Assembly: GCA_938041635.1 (NCBI GenBank)
Contig: CALIAD010000047.1
Span: 2,663-66,662, forward strand
DNA length: 64,000 nucleotides
Direction of reading: 5' to 3'
DNA from: an uncultured Atopobium sp.
GTDB lineage: Bacteria > Actinomycetota > Coriobacteriia > Coriobacteriales > Atopobiaceae
Shown here in pieces: positions 37,775 to 47,798 of the stretch. The position numbers and the translations under genes are program-made. Under the pieces are notes generated by a model, which saw only the letters and a program-made list of their open reading frames with translations, made no database searches and had not been told where the DNA came from. The stretch's first letter is position 1; the number at the start of each line of letters is the position of its first letter.

Positions 37775-38833
37775 ATGGCAGAAGATACTTCAAAGCAACC
37801 AACACGCCGCAAGGGCACAAAGAGGGAGCCTTTATCGTCTGGAACTACTCAGGCGGCAGGGGCAACCAAGCCTTCTTTTATGAGCAAGGCTTTTAAGCCT
37901 AAGCCAAAGGTTGAGGCTACAGCTTCTGATGCCAAGCCTTCTGCTAAAAAGATTTCTGCTAAAAAGCCAAATAACGCTACAAAAACTGCAGCTCAAGCTC
38001 GTGCCGAGCGTATTAAACACAGCAGAAAAGTATCGTTTAAGGCAGTACGCACGGCCTTTATCGTTTTGCTTAGCCTCGCCCTTCTCGCTGGCATTGCTTT
38101 TCTCGTCCTACGTTCTTCCTCAGTCTTTGCTATTACCAACATTCAGGTAGAGCCAACAGAGCACGTCTCTAACGAGCAAATTCAAAAGCTCATTGCAGTA
38201 GAAGAGGGAACAACGCTGCTTAATATGGATGAGTCCCTTATTACCCAAGAACTACAGAAGGACCCTTGGGTAGCTTCTGCAACGTACGAGAGGCAGTTCC
38301 CCAATACGCTGCGCATTACTATCACAGAGCGCAAGGTCACAGCCATAGTGGCGCTTTCTTCTGGTCCGGTTGCATGGTATTTGGGCGAGAATAACGTCTG
38401 GCTAGAGGCAGATCAGCTCAACGTACCAGAAGGAAAGACTACTGCTACCGTTGCGCTTGAGAAGGCAACCTCAGAAGGTGAGCTGCTTATCACAGATGTT
38501 CCTGCAACGGTTTCTCCTGTAGCGGGTACCACAGCAACAGACGCAGAAATTCAAGCGGTTATGCAGTATCAGTCTACGTTCTCATCAGAGCTCACGTCAC
38601 AGATTGTGAGTTACTCTGCTAGTAGCGTTGATGCTATCTCTGTCACGCTTACCAATGGTGTACAGGTTGCCCTAGGCTCTCCAACACAGATTGCTGACAA
38701 AGAAAAAGTGATTCTGGCAATGCTTAAGCAGTTCCCAGGAGAGCTTACGTACTTGAATGTAAGAACACCTGCAAGCCCAACCTATAGGCGCGTTTCTACC
38801 GGAAACGTTCAGTCTGGCTCTGGTGTTTCGTAG
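37775..38833 (+). CDS. ftsQ: Cell division protein FtsQ/DivIB (POTRA domain)
   Basis: It has a basic cytoplasmic N-terminus and one TM helix. The POTRA segment reads ITNIQVEPTEHVSNEQIQKLI...DPWVASATYERQFPNTLRITITERK. ATG 37775 follows AGGGAAG. Confidence 0.75.
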   Translation: MAEDTSKQPTRRKGTKREPLSSGTTQAAGATKPSFMSKAFKPKPKVEATASDAKPSAKKISAKKPNNATKTAAQARAERIKHSRKVSFKAVRTAFIVLLSLALLAGIAFLVLRSSSVFAITNIQVEPTEHVSNEQIQKLIAVEEGTTLLNMDESLITQELQKDPWVASATYERQFPNTLRITITERKVTAIVALSSGPVAWYLGENNVWLEADQLNVPEGKTTATVALEKATSEGELLITDVPATVSPVAGTTATDAEIQAVMQYQSTFSSELTSQIVSYSASSVDAISVTLTNGVQVALGSPTQIADKEKVILAMLKQFPGELTYLNVRTPASPTYRRVSTGNVQSGSGVS

Positions 38834-38913
38834 GTAAACGCGCAAACTATATGTGCCGTTAGGGAATAGTTTCCTACCGTTTACCAGCTTTCTTCACAAT
38901 TTCTACATATTAT

Positions 38914-38943
38914 TTGACTTGTATGGGTCAGTTGTGCAAATAT
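38914..38943 (+). promoter_or_regulatory. Candidate sigma-70 promoter for ftsZ
   Basis: TTGACT lies at 38914-38919. After an 18-nt spacer there is an extended -10, TGcAAATAT, at 38935-38943. It sits inside the 247-nt ftsQ-ftsZ gap. Confidence 0.4.
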
Positions 38944-39080
38944 ACCCCGCTTTGCATGAAGCGTAAGCCTTAACTTGAGGTTTAGGGTTTTATACAGCGG
39001 TTCTGCGAGCGCATAAACGTAGCCTAAGCGCAGTCGCGCTCCGGGACAAACGGGCACAAGCGTGCCTCAAGGAGGAAGAC

Positions 39081-40217
39081 ATGATTAAGGACACCGATAC
39101 CCTTAACAACTATCTTGCTGTTATCAAGGTTGTTGGCGTTGGTGGCGGCGGAACTAACGCTGTCAACCGCATGATTGAAGAAGGCATCCGTGGCGTTGAG
39201 TTCGTTGCTGTAAACACCGATGCACAGGCTCTTGCAATCTCCGATGCTGACATTAAGGTTCACATCGGTACTGACATCACCAAGGGTCTTGGTGCTGGTG
39301 CTAACCCTGAGGTTGGTAAAGAGGCAGCAGAGGATAGCCGTGACGAGATCAAGGCTGCACTTGCTGGCGCTGATATGGTCTTCATCACTGCTGGTGAGGG
39401 TGGCGGTACTGGTACCGGCGCTGCTCCAGTTGTTGCTGATATTGCAAAGAATGACGTTGGCGCACTGACCGTTGGCGTTGTTACTAAGCCATTCTCCTTC
39501 GAGGGCCGTCGTCGCTACGGTTCTGCAGCTGACGGTATCAAGACTCTTTCCGAGAATGTTGATACTCTCATTGTTATTCCAAACGATCGTCTGCTTGATC
39601 TTTCTGAGAAGAAGACCACCATGCTTGAGGCATTCCGCATGGCTGACGATGTTCTATGCCAGGGTACCCAGGGTATTACCGACCTCATCACTGTTCCTGG
39701 TCTGATTAACCTCGACTTTGCAGACGTCTGCACCATCATGAAGGGCGCAGGTAGCGCAATGATGGGCATTGGTATTGCTGCTGGTGATAACCGCGCTGCT
39801 GATGCTGCAACTGAGGCAATTTCTAGCCGCCTGCTTGAGAGTTCCATCGAGGGTGCAACCCGCGTTCTTCTCTCTATTGCTGGTAACAAAGACCTTGGTA
39901 TTCAGGAGATTAACGAGGCAGCTGACCTGGTTGCTAAGAACGTTGATCCTGATGCAAACATCATCTTTGGTACTGTTGTTGATGAGTCTCTGGGCGATCA
40001 GGTTCGCGTAACCGTTATTGCAACTGGTTTCAATGACTCTAACGTTCAGCAGCAGCTTCCAACTCTGAACACTCAGAGTACCACCCGTCCAAGCCGTCCT
40101 GCTCAGCCACAGCCAACTCGTCCTGTGACTGCTCAGCCACAGCCTGCTCGCACCAACAACTCTTCTAATGAGAAAGAGTTTGATATTCCAGACTTCCTTA
40201 AGCGTAGCCGCATCTAA
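39081..40217 (+). CDS. ftsZ: Cell division GTPase FtsZ
   Basis: [10 protein letters not shown] and the tubulin signature [11 protein letters not shown] are present. A Pro/Gln-rich linker precedes the C-terminal peptide DIPDFLKR. Confidence 0.97.
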   Translation: MIKDTDTLNNYLAVIKVVGVGGGGTNAVNRMIEEGIRGVEFVAVNTDAQALAISDADIKVHIGTDITKGLGAGANPEVGKEAAEDSRDEIKAALAGADMVFITAGEGGGTGTGAAPVVADIAKNDVGALTVGVVTKPFSFEGRRRYGSAADGIKTLSENVDTLIVIPNDRLLDLSEKKTTMLEAFRMADDVLCQGTQGITDLITVPGLINLDFADVCTIMKGAGSAMMGIGIAAGDNRAADAATEAISSRLLESSIEGATRVLLSIAGNKDLGIQEINEAADLVAKNVDPDANIIFGTVVDESLGDQVRVTVIATGFNDSNVQQQLPTLNTQSTTRPSRPAQPQPTRPVTAQPQPARTNNSSNEKEFDIPDFLKRSRI

Positions 40218-40219
40218 AT

Positions 40220-41029
40220 ATGTGCGCGCTGAATAGACAGTGCTTACACGGCGTGACCCTGCTCATGGATCCTGAGGTTCCATGCGGGGTCACGCTCGCA
40301 TTTACCGAGCGTACCGGTGGTTTTTCAGAAGGGGAGTTTGCTTCCCTCAATCTGGGAAGTAGATGCGGAGACAATCTGCAACAGGTGCAAAAGAACCGTC
40401 AGCTGGTCTTAGAGGCTCTTGGAGCTGGCGAGCTTTTCTCGCAACTCCTTATTCCTCATCAGGTGCACGGAAGCAAGGTAGTTTGTCTGACTTCCAATAC
40501 ATCAGGGGCTTTTGAACTGGCTCAAGCTGAGGCAGAAGCTGGTGCAGACGCCATAGTATGTACGGTTAAAAACACGCCTGTGATGTTGGCGTTTGCCGAT
40601 TGTGTGCCCGTAATTCTTGTAGCTCCCGGCGGATTTGCGGTGGCACATTCTGGCTGGAAAGGCACAATTGCCCGCATTTCTGCGCGCGCAACCGAGGCGC
40701 TTTGCCAGGCAACTGGAGCCAAATCTTACGAGGTCAAAGCCTATATTGGTCCGCACATTGGCAGCGCTGACTACGAGGTTTCTCCGGAGCTCATTCAGAT
40801 GTTCTCACAAGAGTTTGGTTCCGGCGTTGTAGACCGCGCATCTGGCGAGAGGTACTTAGATCTTGGATATGCTGTCAGAGCCGCACTGGTAGATGCTGGT
40901 GTACGCGCCTCTGCTATCGAAGAGGTTACTGACTCGACCGCCTCTACAACTGAGCGGTTCTTCTCGTACCGAGCAGAGCATGGCAAGTGCGGAAGACACG
41001 CGGCTGTTGCTTACATGGCGTCAAAGTAG
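40220..41029 (+). CDS. pgeF: Peptidoglycan editing factor PgeF (YfiH/DUF152, laccase-domain protein)
   Basis: The motifs HQVHG, DCVPV and HSGWKG are present. It has the canonical position after ftsZ. Confidence 0.85.
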   Translation: MCALNRQCLHGVTLLMDPEVPCGVTLAFTERTGGFSEGEFASLNLGSRCGDNLQQVQKNRQLVLEALGAGELFSQLLIPHQVHGSKVVCLTSNTSGAFELAQAEAEAGADAIVCTVKNTPVMLAFADCVPVILVAPGGFAVAHSGWKGTIARISARATEALCQATGAKSYEVKAYIGPHIGSADYEVSPELIQMFSQEFGSGVVDRASGERYLDLGYAVRAALVDAGVRASAIEEVTDSTASTTERFFSYRAEHGKCGRHAAVAYMASK

Positions 41030-41100
41030 GGTAGAAGACGTTTAGCGCTATCGGAGAAGGCGTTTAGGTCTACGACAAAAATTGTTAAACGTTACGTAAG

Positions 41101-41868
41101 ATGTTGATGTATTCACCGCAAGAGATGATGGCTATGACGTACGATTCAGACGAATATCTTGAGTTTATAAAGGCTCGTAGAGCTCAGATTGAGTCACTTG
41201 TGGCGGATGCTGCAAAAAAGTCCGGCAGAAGCGCCTCTGAGATTGAAATTGTAGCTGTCTCCAAAACCGTTCCTGTTGAGGCTGTCCTTGCAGCTTATAA
41301 GGCGGGCTATAGGGTTTTTGGCGAGAATCGTCCACAGGAGCTGACACATAAACTGACGTGTTTATCTGAGGCTCCTTTTGCGTCTGAGATATCTTTTGAC
41401 ATGATTGGTAATCTTCAGAAGAACAAGATTAACCAGGTAGTTGGTAAGGTTCGCTACATTCATTCAATTTCTTCCGAGCACCTTGCAGAGGCGGTTTCAA
41501 AGCGTGCAGAAGCAAAGGACTCTCAGGAGTCTGTGCTACTTGAGGTAAACGTCTCCGCTGAAGCCTCAAAATCGGGTTTCTCGCCAGAAGAAGTGTCTGA
41601 GTCTATTCAAAAGATTGTTGAGCTTCCTCACATTTCTGTTGTAGGTCTGATGACTATGGCACCAAAAGATGATCCAGAGCGCGCCAAGAGAACATTCTCA
41701 GGACTTCGAGAATTGCGTGATTGCTTGAGCCAACAAGTTGGTTTGAAGTTAGATGTTCTTTCTTGTGGCATGAGTGATGACTTTACGTATGCCATTGAAG
41801 AGGGTTCTACTACTATTCGCCTGGGTCGAGTATTGTTTGACCCAACCTATACGTTGAGTGGGCACTAA
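41101..41868 (+). CDS. yggS: YggS-family pyridoxal-phosphate homeostasis protein
   Basis: The PLP-lysine motif VAVSKT and FGENRPQE are present. The start is uncertain among several in-frame ATGs between 41101 and 41134. Confidence 0.85.
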   Translation: MLMYSPQEMMAMTYDSDEYLEFIKARRAQIESLVADAAKKSGRSASEIEIVAVSKTVPVEAVLAAYKAGYRVFGENRPQELTHKLTCLSEAPFASEISFDMIGNLQKNKINQVVGKVRYIHSISSEHLAEAVSKRAEAKDSQESVLLEVNVSAEASKSGFSPEEVSESIQKIVELPHISVVGLMTMAPKDDPERAKRTFSGLRELRDCLSQQVGLKLDVLSCGMSDDFTYAIEEGSTTIRLGRVLFDPTYTLSGH

Positions 41869-41926
41869 AATAGTTGCAAGTTTTTGATACAGTAGTAAGA
41901 AGTTACGTGCGTTACAGAAAGGCACA

Positions 41927-42610
41927 ATGATGAGCATTCTTGATACGCTAAGAGCAAAGCTTCGTGGTGGTCAGGACGATGAGTACTACGATGATGAGTA
42001 TTATGGCGACGAAGGCTATGACGAGGTAGACGAAGCTTCTCCTCGTTCGTACGATGATCGTGCACAGCAAGGCTCTTCCAACAGGCTACTAGGCAATCCA
42101 TCCAGGCCAGAAGCAGAGAGTGTTTCTGTTTACACACGCTCTGGTAAGCCAATCAGCACTAATCCAGCTGCTTCTTATAATCCTCAGCAGGATATGCGCT
42201 CGCGTGCTTCTGCGTATGCATCTCGTCAGGAGCCTTCTGGATACACTCCTTCTTACGAGCATACCGTGAGCCCAAACCTGCCAACTCCTGGTGATATTGG
42301 TCTTCGTCCTGTGAGCCGTACAAGCTATTCTGGACAGCTGCCGCCATATGTTCTTCGTCCTGTTTCTTATGATGATGTTCAGTCGGTAGTTCGTCGTGTT
42401 CGTACTGGTCAGCCAGTTGTCCTTATCTTTAAGAACACCAACATTGAGGTTGCTAAGAGAATTTTGGACTTCAGTTTTGGTCTTTCTTATGGACTTGACG
42501 GCGCTGTTGAAGAAGTTGCTGACCGCGTTTTTGCTGTACTTCCTCATGGCATTTCTTTATCTCAGTCTGATCTGGATAAGCTTGCTGATGAGGGCGAGAT
42601 TACCAGGTAA
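41927..42610 (+). CDS. sepF: Cell division protein SepF
   Basis: It has a long low-complexity N-terminal region. The conserved C-terminal SepF domain reads VLRPVSYDDVQSVVRRVRTGQPVVLIF...ILDFSFGL. Confidence 0.85.
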   Translation: MMSILDTLRAKLRGGQDDEYYDDEYYGDEGYDEVDEASPRSYDDRAQQGSSNRLLGNPSRPEAESVSVYTRSGKPISTNPAASYNPQQDMRSRASAYASRQEPSGYTPSYEHTVSPNLPTPGDIGLRPVSRTSYSGQLPPYVLRPVSYDDVQSVVRRVRTGQPVVLIFKNTNIEVAKRILDFSFGLSYGLDGAVEEVADRVFAVLPHGISLSQSDLDKLADEGEITR

Positions 42611-42622
42611 CTGGAGGTTTTT

Positions 42623-42901
42623 GTGTTTTCGTATTATGTCTTGAACTCACTCTATACTTTGTTGAGGATTTACAGCTTCTGCATTGTGGTATGGTGCCTG
42701 TCCTCTTGGATTACCGTTTCAAATGATTCGGTTAAGAACATTCTTGAGGCAATTGGCAAAATTGTTGAGCCATACCTCAGTGTGTTTAGGAACGTAATTC
42801 CTCCAATTTCTGGCGTTGATCTCTCACCGATTGTTGCACTTTTTGTGCTTAATCTTGTGGGACGTTTTGCCATTTCGACGCTGGGCTTTATACTAATATA
42901 G
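42623..42901 (+). CDS. YggT-family membrane protein
   Basis: 92 aa with two or three hydrophobic helices and a GTG start. It has the canonical position between sepF and divIVA. Confidence 0.75.
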   Translation: MFSYYVLNSLYTLLRIYSFCIVVWCLSSWITVSNDSVKNILEAIGKIVEPYLSVFRNVIPPISGVDLSPIVALFVLNLVGRFAISTLGFILI

Positions 42902-42979
42902 AAACTAGTTTGTCTTTGAATACAAACTGAGTAGTTATGATGTGTGGTACGTCTACTCGCAGACTGAAAGGGAACAAAG

Positions 42980-43615
42980 ATGGCAATCACACCAGCAGAC
43001 ATCGAGCAGCAGACATTCTCTCCTGCTGAGACCGGCTACAATCCAGAGGAAGTTGACGCATTTCTTGAGCAGCTCTCTTCTGAGGTTGATGCAATGCTTC
43101 AAAAGATCGCTGACCTTAAGGGCCGTCTGACCAGCACTGAGCAGCAGCTTGCTGCAGCACAGGCACAGGTTGCAAACCTTGAGGAGAACGCAAGCGTTCC
43201 TTCTGTTGAGGAGACAAACGCTGCAGCTATTGCTGCATCTGAGCACCAGATTTCTCAGGTCCTCATTGTTGCTCAGCAGAGCGCAGATAAGCTTGTTGCA
43301 GACGCTCGTGCAAACGCAGAGCGCATTCGCAACGAGGCAGATCAGAAGGCTCGTGAGGTTATCCGTCAGGCTCTTGCAGAGAAGCAGACTGAGCTTGATG
43401 AGATTGATCGCCTCAAGCAGTCCCGTGAGGACTTCCGCGCTGAGTACCGTAAGCTCCTCCAGCACTTCTTGGATGACGCAGACTCTGTCTTCCCAGAGAC
43501 TGTTCTTACCAACAATGCTCCAACTGGTTCCCAGAATGCTGCTCAGCCTGCAGCTCAGCAGACTCAGATTTCTGCACCTGCACCTGCAGCTGGTGACTTC
43601 AACGACCTTGACTAA
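42980..43615 (+). CDS. divIVA: DivIVA-domain protein
   Basis: The N-terminus ITPADIEQQTFSPAETGYNPEEVDAFLEQL is the DivIVA lipid-binding domain. A coiled coil follows. Confidence 0.85.
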   Translation: MAITPADIEQQTFSPAETGYNPEEVDAFLEQLSSEVDAMLQKIADLKGRLTSTEQQLAAAQAQVANLEENASVPSVEETNAAAIAASEHQISQVLIVAQQSADKLVADARANAERIRNEADQKAREVIRQALAEKQTELDEIDRLKQSREDFRAEYRKLLQHFLDDADSVFPETVLTNNAPTGSQNAAQPAAQQTQISAPAPAAGDFNDLD

Positions 43616-43642
43616 GTCTTAGGTCATTACCTTTGTACTGAT

Positions 43643-43671
43643 AAGCGCTCAGCTCTGCTGGGCGCTTTTTT
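43643..43671 (+). terminator. Rho-independent terminator closing the dcw/divIVA unit
   Basis: AAGCGCTCAGC and GCTGGGCGCTT form an 11-bp stem with one G-U pair and a 3-nt loop. A T6 run follows. Confidence 0.8.
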
Positions 43672-43697
43672 GTTATCAGCCGTCTTAAACGGCAGCT

Positions 43698-44750
43698 TTA
43701 TAACCCAGAAGTAAGCTCTTTGCAGAATGTTTGCTTTTGTTCTATATGATGCACATCCTTTCTGTTTTCTCGTCCCTGATAGCGAATAGGTACGCCTTGG
43801 CTACGCGCAGCTTCTGCATTTGTGCTTGCAGTGAGTTCAGGGAGCCCTTGCCATACGCGTTTTGGCATCCAATGGGCGCGCAAGTCATATCCTCTTTCTG
43901 CAGGCCCGCGACCCTCTAGACCAACTCCCTCATAGAAGCGCCTCCACATGGCTTGCACGTATTTCTCGTCAGTTGCAAGGTCTGTTCTAGAGAGCAGTTC
44001 TTCCAAAGAGGCATCGTCCAGCTGAATTGTTCCAAAGGTCTTCATTTCTGGCGCATAAAAACTGACTATATGATGAGCTGGATCAACAATAAAAAACCGC
44101 TCTGTACTCATCCGTTTGACAAAGTAATTGCAAGTTAGTGGCACTACGTTTGCATTAGGTTGAAATACAGACATAAAAGAGCCATCTGACATGCGAGAAA
44201 ACCGCACAAATTGCCGCGTATGCTCTCGTTCAGTTTCTACCTGCCTAGCCAGCGCATTAAATTCTGCCACGGTTGGGTCAGCAATATCTTCAAGCGCTCC
44301 TATGCCATAGGAGAATGCAAGACGGATGTACCTATGTACAATCTCTGGCATAGCATGAGCATCTGAAGCACATGCCAAAACAATGCGACGTGTTATTTCT
44401 CTTGTGCCTACTTTCTTCTCTAGTCCAGTAAGAACTCGTTTAGCCAAGGCTACTACGGAGTCATCAGAAGGGTCTGGTCCACAGAGAACATGTTCCCCAA
44501 GGCTAGGCTGACAAAAGTTTTCTCTAACAAGACGTACGTGTGCCGGGTTAGCATGTGAGAGATAAGTGAGTCCTACAGCCCCTACAACGCCTTCTAAGCT
44601 TGGATTACAGGAGATAACAACCTTCTGAGGCTTGGAGAGTCTTGTAAGTCTCTGAACAAGCGAGACAAGCTCTACGCTCTGATCAGAAGAGCCTGAGTTG
44701 AGAGGACTCAATACGGCGTCTTGTTTTGTTGTACGAACTTGCTTTGGCAT
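43698..44750 (-). CDS. DUF4130-type partner protein of the DNA-repair radical-SAM enzyme (TIGR03915-like)
   Basis: The C-terminal half carries a DUF4130-like signature (FVRFSRMSDGSF...VPLTCNYFVKRM...MWRRFYEGVGLEGR...HWMPKRVWQGLPE). ATG 44750 lies 9 nt after AGAGGG. It overlaps the upstream radical-SAM gene. Confidence 0.65.
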   Translation of the reverse strand: MPKQVRTTKQDAVLSPLNSGSSDQSVELVSLVQRLTRLSKPQKVVISCNPSLEGVVGAVGLTYLSHANPAHVRLVRENFCQPSLGEHVLCGPDPSDDSVVALAKRVLTGLEKKVGTREITRRIVLACASDAHAMPEIVHRYIRLAFSYGIGALEDIADPTVAEFNALARQVETEREHTRQFVRFSRMSDGSFMSVFQPNANVVPLTCNYFVKRMSTERFFIVDPAHHIVSFYAPEMKTFGTIQLDDASLEELLSRTDLATDEKYVQAMWRRFYEGVGLEGRGPAERGYDLRAHWMPKRVWQGLPELTASTNAEAARSQGVPIRYQGRENRKDVHHIEQKQTFCKELTSGL

Positions 44751-46092
44751 CAGCAATTACCCTCTGTTTAATCAGTTCTTGGTCAAGTGGAGCTGAGGCA
44801 TCCCTTACGCCACAGCAGGTGAGAAAGTGATGAGATCGTTTGAGCTGTATTCCCAGCCGTTTAAGATCATCAAAGGTGAGGCGAGACCGTCTTCTTGCAG
44901 CAATAATTCTTCGTGCGCCGGTAGGGCCAATACCGGGCACTCGTAAAAGTATTTCTAGTGGTGCATCCATAATCTCTACAGGAAATTGATTAAGATGTGC
45001 CAGCGCCCATCCAAGCTTTGGATCAATTTCTAAATCAAGCCAAGGTGCTTCTGGAGAAACCAACTCATCAGGAGAAAACGCATAGTAGCGCATAAGCCAA
45101 TCAGCCTGGTAAAGACGGTGTTCTCTACGCAGGGGAACAGGAGTGTCCAACTCAGGAAGACGATGGTCTTCTATAACAGGAATATAGGCAGAGAAGAATA
45201 CTCGTTTCAATTCAAATTGTTGATAAAGCGCTTGCGATAAGTGCAATATTTGATTGTCTGATTCTGGAGAAGCTCCAATGATAATTTGCGTTGATTGCCC
45301 AGCAGGCGAGAAGGATCTCTTGCCTGAAGACACCCTTGATGAGCGCATAAAGGTATTCTTCAAGCAGTTTGAACGAAGAGCTAAACCTTCTTTTATGATC
45401 TGCTTCTGAGTAGGAATAACAATGCCCTTAGATTTTCCAGCAGACTTCACAATGCCCTTTGATGCATTTTTAGCTTCAAGCAATTGCCTTTCTTCAGAGA
45501 CGCGTAGGCGGTGAATGAAAGACATGGGTTTAGTAACCGTTTCTGCATTTTTGTGAGGACAAAGTTTAGTAAGTGAGGTTGAGCTAGGTAATTCCAGATT
45601 GACGGAGAGCCTATCTGCTAAGCGGCCAATAGCATCAATAAGATCTGGATCTGTTCCGGGAATTACTTTTGCATGAACATAGCCGTTAAACAGCAGCTCA
45701 TTCCTAAGGTAGGAGAGGCACTCAATCATGAGTTCTGTGGTGTGGTCTGGCGATCCTATAACACCTGAGGAAAGAAAGAGCCCCTCTATGTAATTTCTTT
45801 TATAGAAATCTACGGTAAGCTCTGCTAATTCCTGTGGTGTAAAGGTAGCCCGCTTGGTTTGTGCAGAAGATCTATTGACGCAGTAAGCACAGTCATAACA
45901 GCAAGCATTAGAAAGTAAAACTTTTAGCAGCGTAATGCAGCGACCATCAGGGGTAAATGAGTGGCAACAGCCGGCCGCTGAGGCCATTCCTACCTTTCCT
46001 GCCTGCGGATCTCTGTCTACACCAGAAGAAGTGCACGCCGCGTCAAATTTGGCTGCATCTGCAAGTATGGTGAGTTTATCAAGAGTATCCAT
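44683..46092 (-). CDS. Putative DNA modification/repair radical SAM protein with C-terminal HhH (TIGR03916-like)
   Basis: A CxxxCxxC motif lies within NACCYDCAYC. The protein has a radical-SAM TIM-barrel-length core. The C-terminal helix-hairpin-helix reads LLRVPGIGPTGARRII. Confidence 0.75.
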   Translation of the reverse strand: MDTLDKLTILADAAKFDAACTSSGVDRDPQAGKVGMASAAGCCHSFTPDGRCITLLKVLLSNACCYDCAYCVNRSSAQTKRATFTPQELAELTVDFYKRNYIEGLFLSSGVIGSPDHTTELMIECLSYLRNELLFNGYVHAKVIPGTDPDLIDAIGRLADRLSVNLELPSSTSLTKLCPHKNAETVTKPMSFIHRLRVSEERQLLEAKNASKGIVKSAGKSKGIVIPTQKQIIKEGLALRSNCLKNTFMRSSRVSSGKRSFSPAGQSTQIIIGASPESDNQILHLSQALYQQFELKRVFFSAYIPVIEDHRLPELDTPVPLRREHRLYQADWLMRYYAFSPDELVSPEAPWLDLEIDPKLGWALAHLNQFPVEIMDAPLEILLRVPGIGPTGARRIIAARRRSRLTFDDLKRLGIQLKRSHHFLTCCGVRDASAPLDQELIKQRVIADAKASSYNKTRRRIESSQLRLF

Positions 46093-46216
46093 GGCAGCAA
46101 CTTTCTACTTGAAAATAGAACGTCTGTTCGTATACTTAGACTATCACGAATGGGAAAGAAGTAAAGAAAAATCTAGAACAAACGTTTGTCATTTTAAAAC
46201 CGCAGGAAGGATGTGA

Positions 46217-47695
46217 ATGACGTGTGAAGGATGTATACTTTTCCCATCAGCAACTGCGGAAGGAATGGCCATGAGCATACAAAAAAACAGCTCTTCACCA
46301 TGCCTTTCTCGCCCTGTGAATTTACAAGTTCCCACCTACGCGCTGCGTGCATTAGAAGTTCTTGAAGATGCCGGATTTGAGGCGTGGATTGTAGGCGGCT
46401 GGGTACGAGACGCCCTACGCGGCTCATTTGCCCACGATATTGACATCACAACATCGGCAACGTGGCAGCAGAGCAAAGCAGCTTTTGCGGCTGCGGGCAT
46501 TTCTGTGCATGAGACAGGCATTGCATATGGAACCGTTACTGCTGTTGTCGAGAAGCACCCTATTGAGGTCACAACGTATCGCTGTGACGGAGAATATCTT
46601 GATGGTCGTCGTCCCGATTCTGTGCAGTTTGTCTCTCGTATAGAGGAAGATCTTGCTCGTAGAGACTTCACTATTAATGCAATGGCATATCACCCAAAGA
46701 GGGGATTGCTTGATCTTTATGGCGGTCAAGAAGATTTATCTGCACGTGTAATTCGCGCTGTTGGGGAGCCTAAGGTTCGCTTTACAGAGGACGCTCTTCG
46801 TATGCTGCGTGCCTTGCGATTTGCATGCAGACTCTCGTTTTCAATTGAGGAGAAGACACATCAGGCACTTACTGAGTGTGCGCCGCTACTCTCTCAGGTT
46901 GCATCTGAGCGCATTGGCTCGGAAGTGGCTCAAATTGTTGAGGCTGGCCATATTGCCCATGCTATCAAGCTGGGATTTCCTGTTCTAGCGATAGCAATTC
47001 CAGAGCTCTTGCCACTTCAAAACTTTGATCAAAGAAGTCCGTATCATGCTTATGACGTGCTGGAGCATACTGCTCGGGTATGCTCTGCAACAGAGGCTCT
47101 TACAGCAGGGTGTGCTACTCCCGCTCTTAGGTGGGCTGCTCTTCTACATGATATTGCAAAGCCAGAAATGTTTAGCGTTGACGCAGATGGAAGAGGCCAT
47201 TTTTATGGCCATCCAGAAAAAGGTGCAATCGTAGCAAAAGCCTTGCTTAAACGCTTGGCTTTATCGCAGCACTTAAGTAATGAAGTTTGCGCTCTTGTGG
47301 CATTGCATGACTATGATGTGGATGTTACAACGGCGTCGCTGAGGCATATGATTGCCCTGTTAGCCGAGGCAAGTAAATCGGACGGCATTGCTCTTGCGTA
47401 TGACCTTTTGACGTTAAAGCAGGCAGATGCTCTGGCAAAGGCAAATCCTTATCGTAGCTATGCGGTAACGCTTGAGGCTATGAGGGCCCTTCTCTTACAT
47501 GAGGTAAAACGGGGAATTGCTCAGCATCCGCAAGAGCTGTGCGTTTCGGGCGCAGAAATTATGGAAGCACTTTCTCTTCAGCCAGGACCTGCTGTTGGTG
47601 TGTGCCAACGTAGGCTTTTTGAGCTTTATTTAGCAGGTCAAGTGGAGAATAGGAGAGAAGATCTTCTCGCTATTCTTGCTCAGGGTAATTGGTAA
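46217..47695 (+). CDS. cca: CCA-adding tRNA nucleotidyltransferase with HD domain
   Basis: GGWVRDALRG...DIDI is the polymerase-beta-type nucleotidyltransferase motif. RDFTINA is present, and the HD motif reads LLHDIAKP. The start could instead be ATG 46271. Confidence 0.85.
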   Translation: MTCEGCILFPSATAEGMAMSIQKNSSSPCLSRPVNLQVPTYALRALEVLEDAGFEAWIVGGWVRDALRGSFAHDIDITTSATWQQSKAAFAAAGISVHETGIAYGTVTAVVEKHPIEVTTYRCDGEYLDGRRPDSVQFVSRIEEDLARRDFTINAMAYHPKRGLLDLYGGQEDLSARVIRAVGEPKVRFTEDALRMLRALRFACRLSFSIEEKTHQALTECAPLLSQVASERIGSEVAQIVEAGHIAHAIKLGFPVLAIAIPELLPLQNFDQRSPYHAYDVLEHTARVCSATEALTAGCATPALRWAALLHDIAKPEMFSVDADGRGHFYGHPEKGAIVAKALLKRLALSQHLSNEVCALVALHDYDVDVTTASLRHMIALLAEASKSDGIALAYDLLTLKQADALAKANPYRSYAVTLEAMRALLLHEVKRGIAQHPQELCVSGAEIMEALSLQPGPAVGVCQRRLFELYLAGQVENRREDLLAILAQGNW

Positions 47696-47798
47696 AAATA
47701 ATAAAGAGTGCCAGATTTAATCAATAAAAAAGTAAGGCCTTTGTATTTTTATAGGTTCGGTAAAACGGTATAGTAGGCATAAAAAATTATCAGAGAGG

